Shown: in pieces, positions 62,455-64,000 of the stretch
Layout: each line of letters begins with the position of its first letter
Numbering within the stretch: the stretch's first letter is position 1
Origin: Mobula hypostoma
Lineage: Eukaryota
DNA: 64,000 bases
NCBI RefSeq assembly: GCF_963921235.1
Contig: NC_086108.1
Span: forward strand, 56,732,001-56,796,000
Direction: 5' to 3'
Translations under genes and position numbers: made by a program
The notes under the pieces: generated by a model
The model's input: the letters and a program-made list of their open reading frames with translations, nothing else
What the model was told of the DNA's origin: nothing
Database searches by the model: none

Positions 62455-63040
62455 ATCATGGAGACAAGCTCCCTGGCCCAGCCGGTCAATGCACACCCTC
62501 AGCATCCTCCCTGCTGGTCCCTGTTGCTCATGTTTGGCCCATAATCCTTGAAGGCCCTCTCTTCCATGCAGATGTCCAAATGGCTCTTAAATGTTGCAAT
62601 TGTACTCGCAAAAGCCTCTTTTAAATCTCCCTTCGTATTTTATATCTGTGCCCTCTAGTTTTGGACTCCCCAACCCTTGGGAAAAGACCTTGACCATGCA
62701 CCTTATGCATACCCCTCATGATTTTATAGATTTCTGTTAGGTCACCTCTCATTCTCCTATGCTGTAAGGAATAAAGACTCCGTGTGGACAACCTCTCCCT
62801 TTAACTCAGGTCCTCAAGTCTAGTCAGCATCCTCTTCTGTATCCTCCTCAATGTGACAATGTCCATCCTATAACAGGATGACCAAAACTGCCCACAATAC
62901 TCAAGTACAAATCCGTAAATCTGTCCAAAATGCATCATCTCACACTTAGCTATGTTGAAATTAATTTGCCATTCCTCAACCATCTCCCTGAATGATCAGA
63001 GTCTATTTGTAATTCATTGTAACTTGCTTCACTATCAACA
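62455..63040 (-). mobile_element. Old CR1 3' fragment
   Basis: WQINFNIAKCEMMHFG...LEYCGQFWS on the minus strand. Confidence 0.75.
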
Positions 63041-63246
63041 AGGCCCCCTAGTAGCAATGATAAAATAGTGGAAATAATTGTCAATTCTACCAGAAAAATC
63101 TTAACCATTTCCTAAAACAGTGATTAACATGTGCATTTCTGTAAAGAAGCCCAGAACAATCATGGTGGGAATGTTATTTGCTGATGTCTTCAAACTGCTT
63201 TTTAATCTAGTAACTACGTGATTTTAGAAATGACTTATTTTTCCAG

Positions 63247-63531
63247 AATCCTGTGCTAACGGGGAAATGCGAGTCAGCCCTGCTTCAGTAATCAGACTTG
63301 GATCCAGCATTAACATAACATGCATTCTAAAAGAATCATCCTACAATGTGTGTGCAACCCAACAACTCTGTATTATTGAAAACAACATCAAGCAGCTGGT
63401 TGCAATACAGATCTCTGCTAATGAAGTTACTGCGCACATACCAAAATTTGAAAACTCCAAGACTAGTTTTGCATGTAAACTACACTGCAACACTGAATAT
63501 TTGATCTGTGGAATTGATGTCAAAGCTGGCT
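63247..63531 (+). CDS. IL12RB2: IL-12 receptor beta-2, N-terminal Ig-like domain exon (ESCANGEMRVSPASVIRLGSSINITCILK...FACKLHCNTEYLICGIDVKAG)
   Basis: tttttccag acceptor and GCT|gtaagt donor; 285 nt, phase 1-1. Resembles human IL12RB2 [29 protein letters not shown]...FVCKLAC...ICGAEIFVG. Position downstream of IL23R matches known synteny. Confidence 0.88.
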
Positions 63532-64000
63532 GTAAGTAGCTTTAATTTCACTCATCACCTTGACTAATCACTAAGTTTTTTTAGATTTTTTAAATTGATA
63601 TCAGTATAAATTTGAAAAGTTTTCCATGACAATGGTGTAATGGGAAAGTAAGTCAGTTGCTTTGCCAGACTTCAGTACACAGAGTGCTAGTTCTTGAGCA
63701 TCTGCCTCTTCAGCAGAAGTTGTCAGCAGAAATCACAGGACAAGATCGTCATAGTCTGGTGGAGTCACCTCTTTTCTCTTCCTGCGGCCCCTCTACCTCT
63801 CTTGCTCCCTTGACTTCCCCTTCTTCCACCCTGACTCCCAGATATAATGCTTGAAGGGTTTTTGAATGATTGTTTGATCTGCTTTCTTTTTGCATCGAAA
63901 CTTTTAACCTTTTCTTTATATTTGCAAACACTAATTGAGTTAATAGATATTTTCATTATTTCTCATCCTTCTTTGAGACTTTCTGTTGCTAATTTCATAC

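Overview
Eukaryotic genomic DNA, not prokaryotic. It is repeat-rich vertebrate sequence, most likely from a cartilaginous fish; a batoid/ray is inferred from the CR1, Rex-Babar, Penelope and V-SINE content. The window holds two tandem + strand class I cytokine receptor genes in the same order as human 1p31. (1) The 3' end of IL23R: a candidate stalk exon at 6403-6444, the transmembrane exon at 9296-9395, the Box1 exon at 17656-17746, and the terminal cytoplasmic exon at 26616-27236 with YNDP, GYKPQ, EQTLLPDE and YFPQ motifs. All splice phases join in frame. (2) The 5' end of IL12RB2: a CpG-island promoter at about 41.7-42.9 kb with TATA, ISRE, T-box, Runx and GAS motifs, the signal-peptide exon at 61460-61566, and the Ig-like D1 exon at 63247-63531. 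Much of the rest is decayed mobile DNA: CR1 and Rex-Babar LINEs, Penelope-like elements, hAT and Tc1 transposons, and SINEs. The most notable observations are: minimal hammerhead-ribozyme motifs in Penelope termini, which also occur as short or hairpin mini-insertions with 11-13 bp TSDs; two local inverted templated duplications; two splice routes to a soluble IL23R; and a Th1-type promoter module at IL12RB2. All calls come from reading the sequence by eye. No database searches were run and repeat boundaries are approximate.
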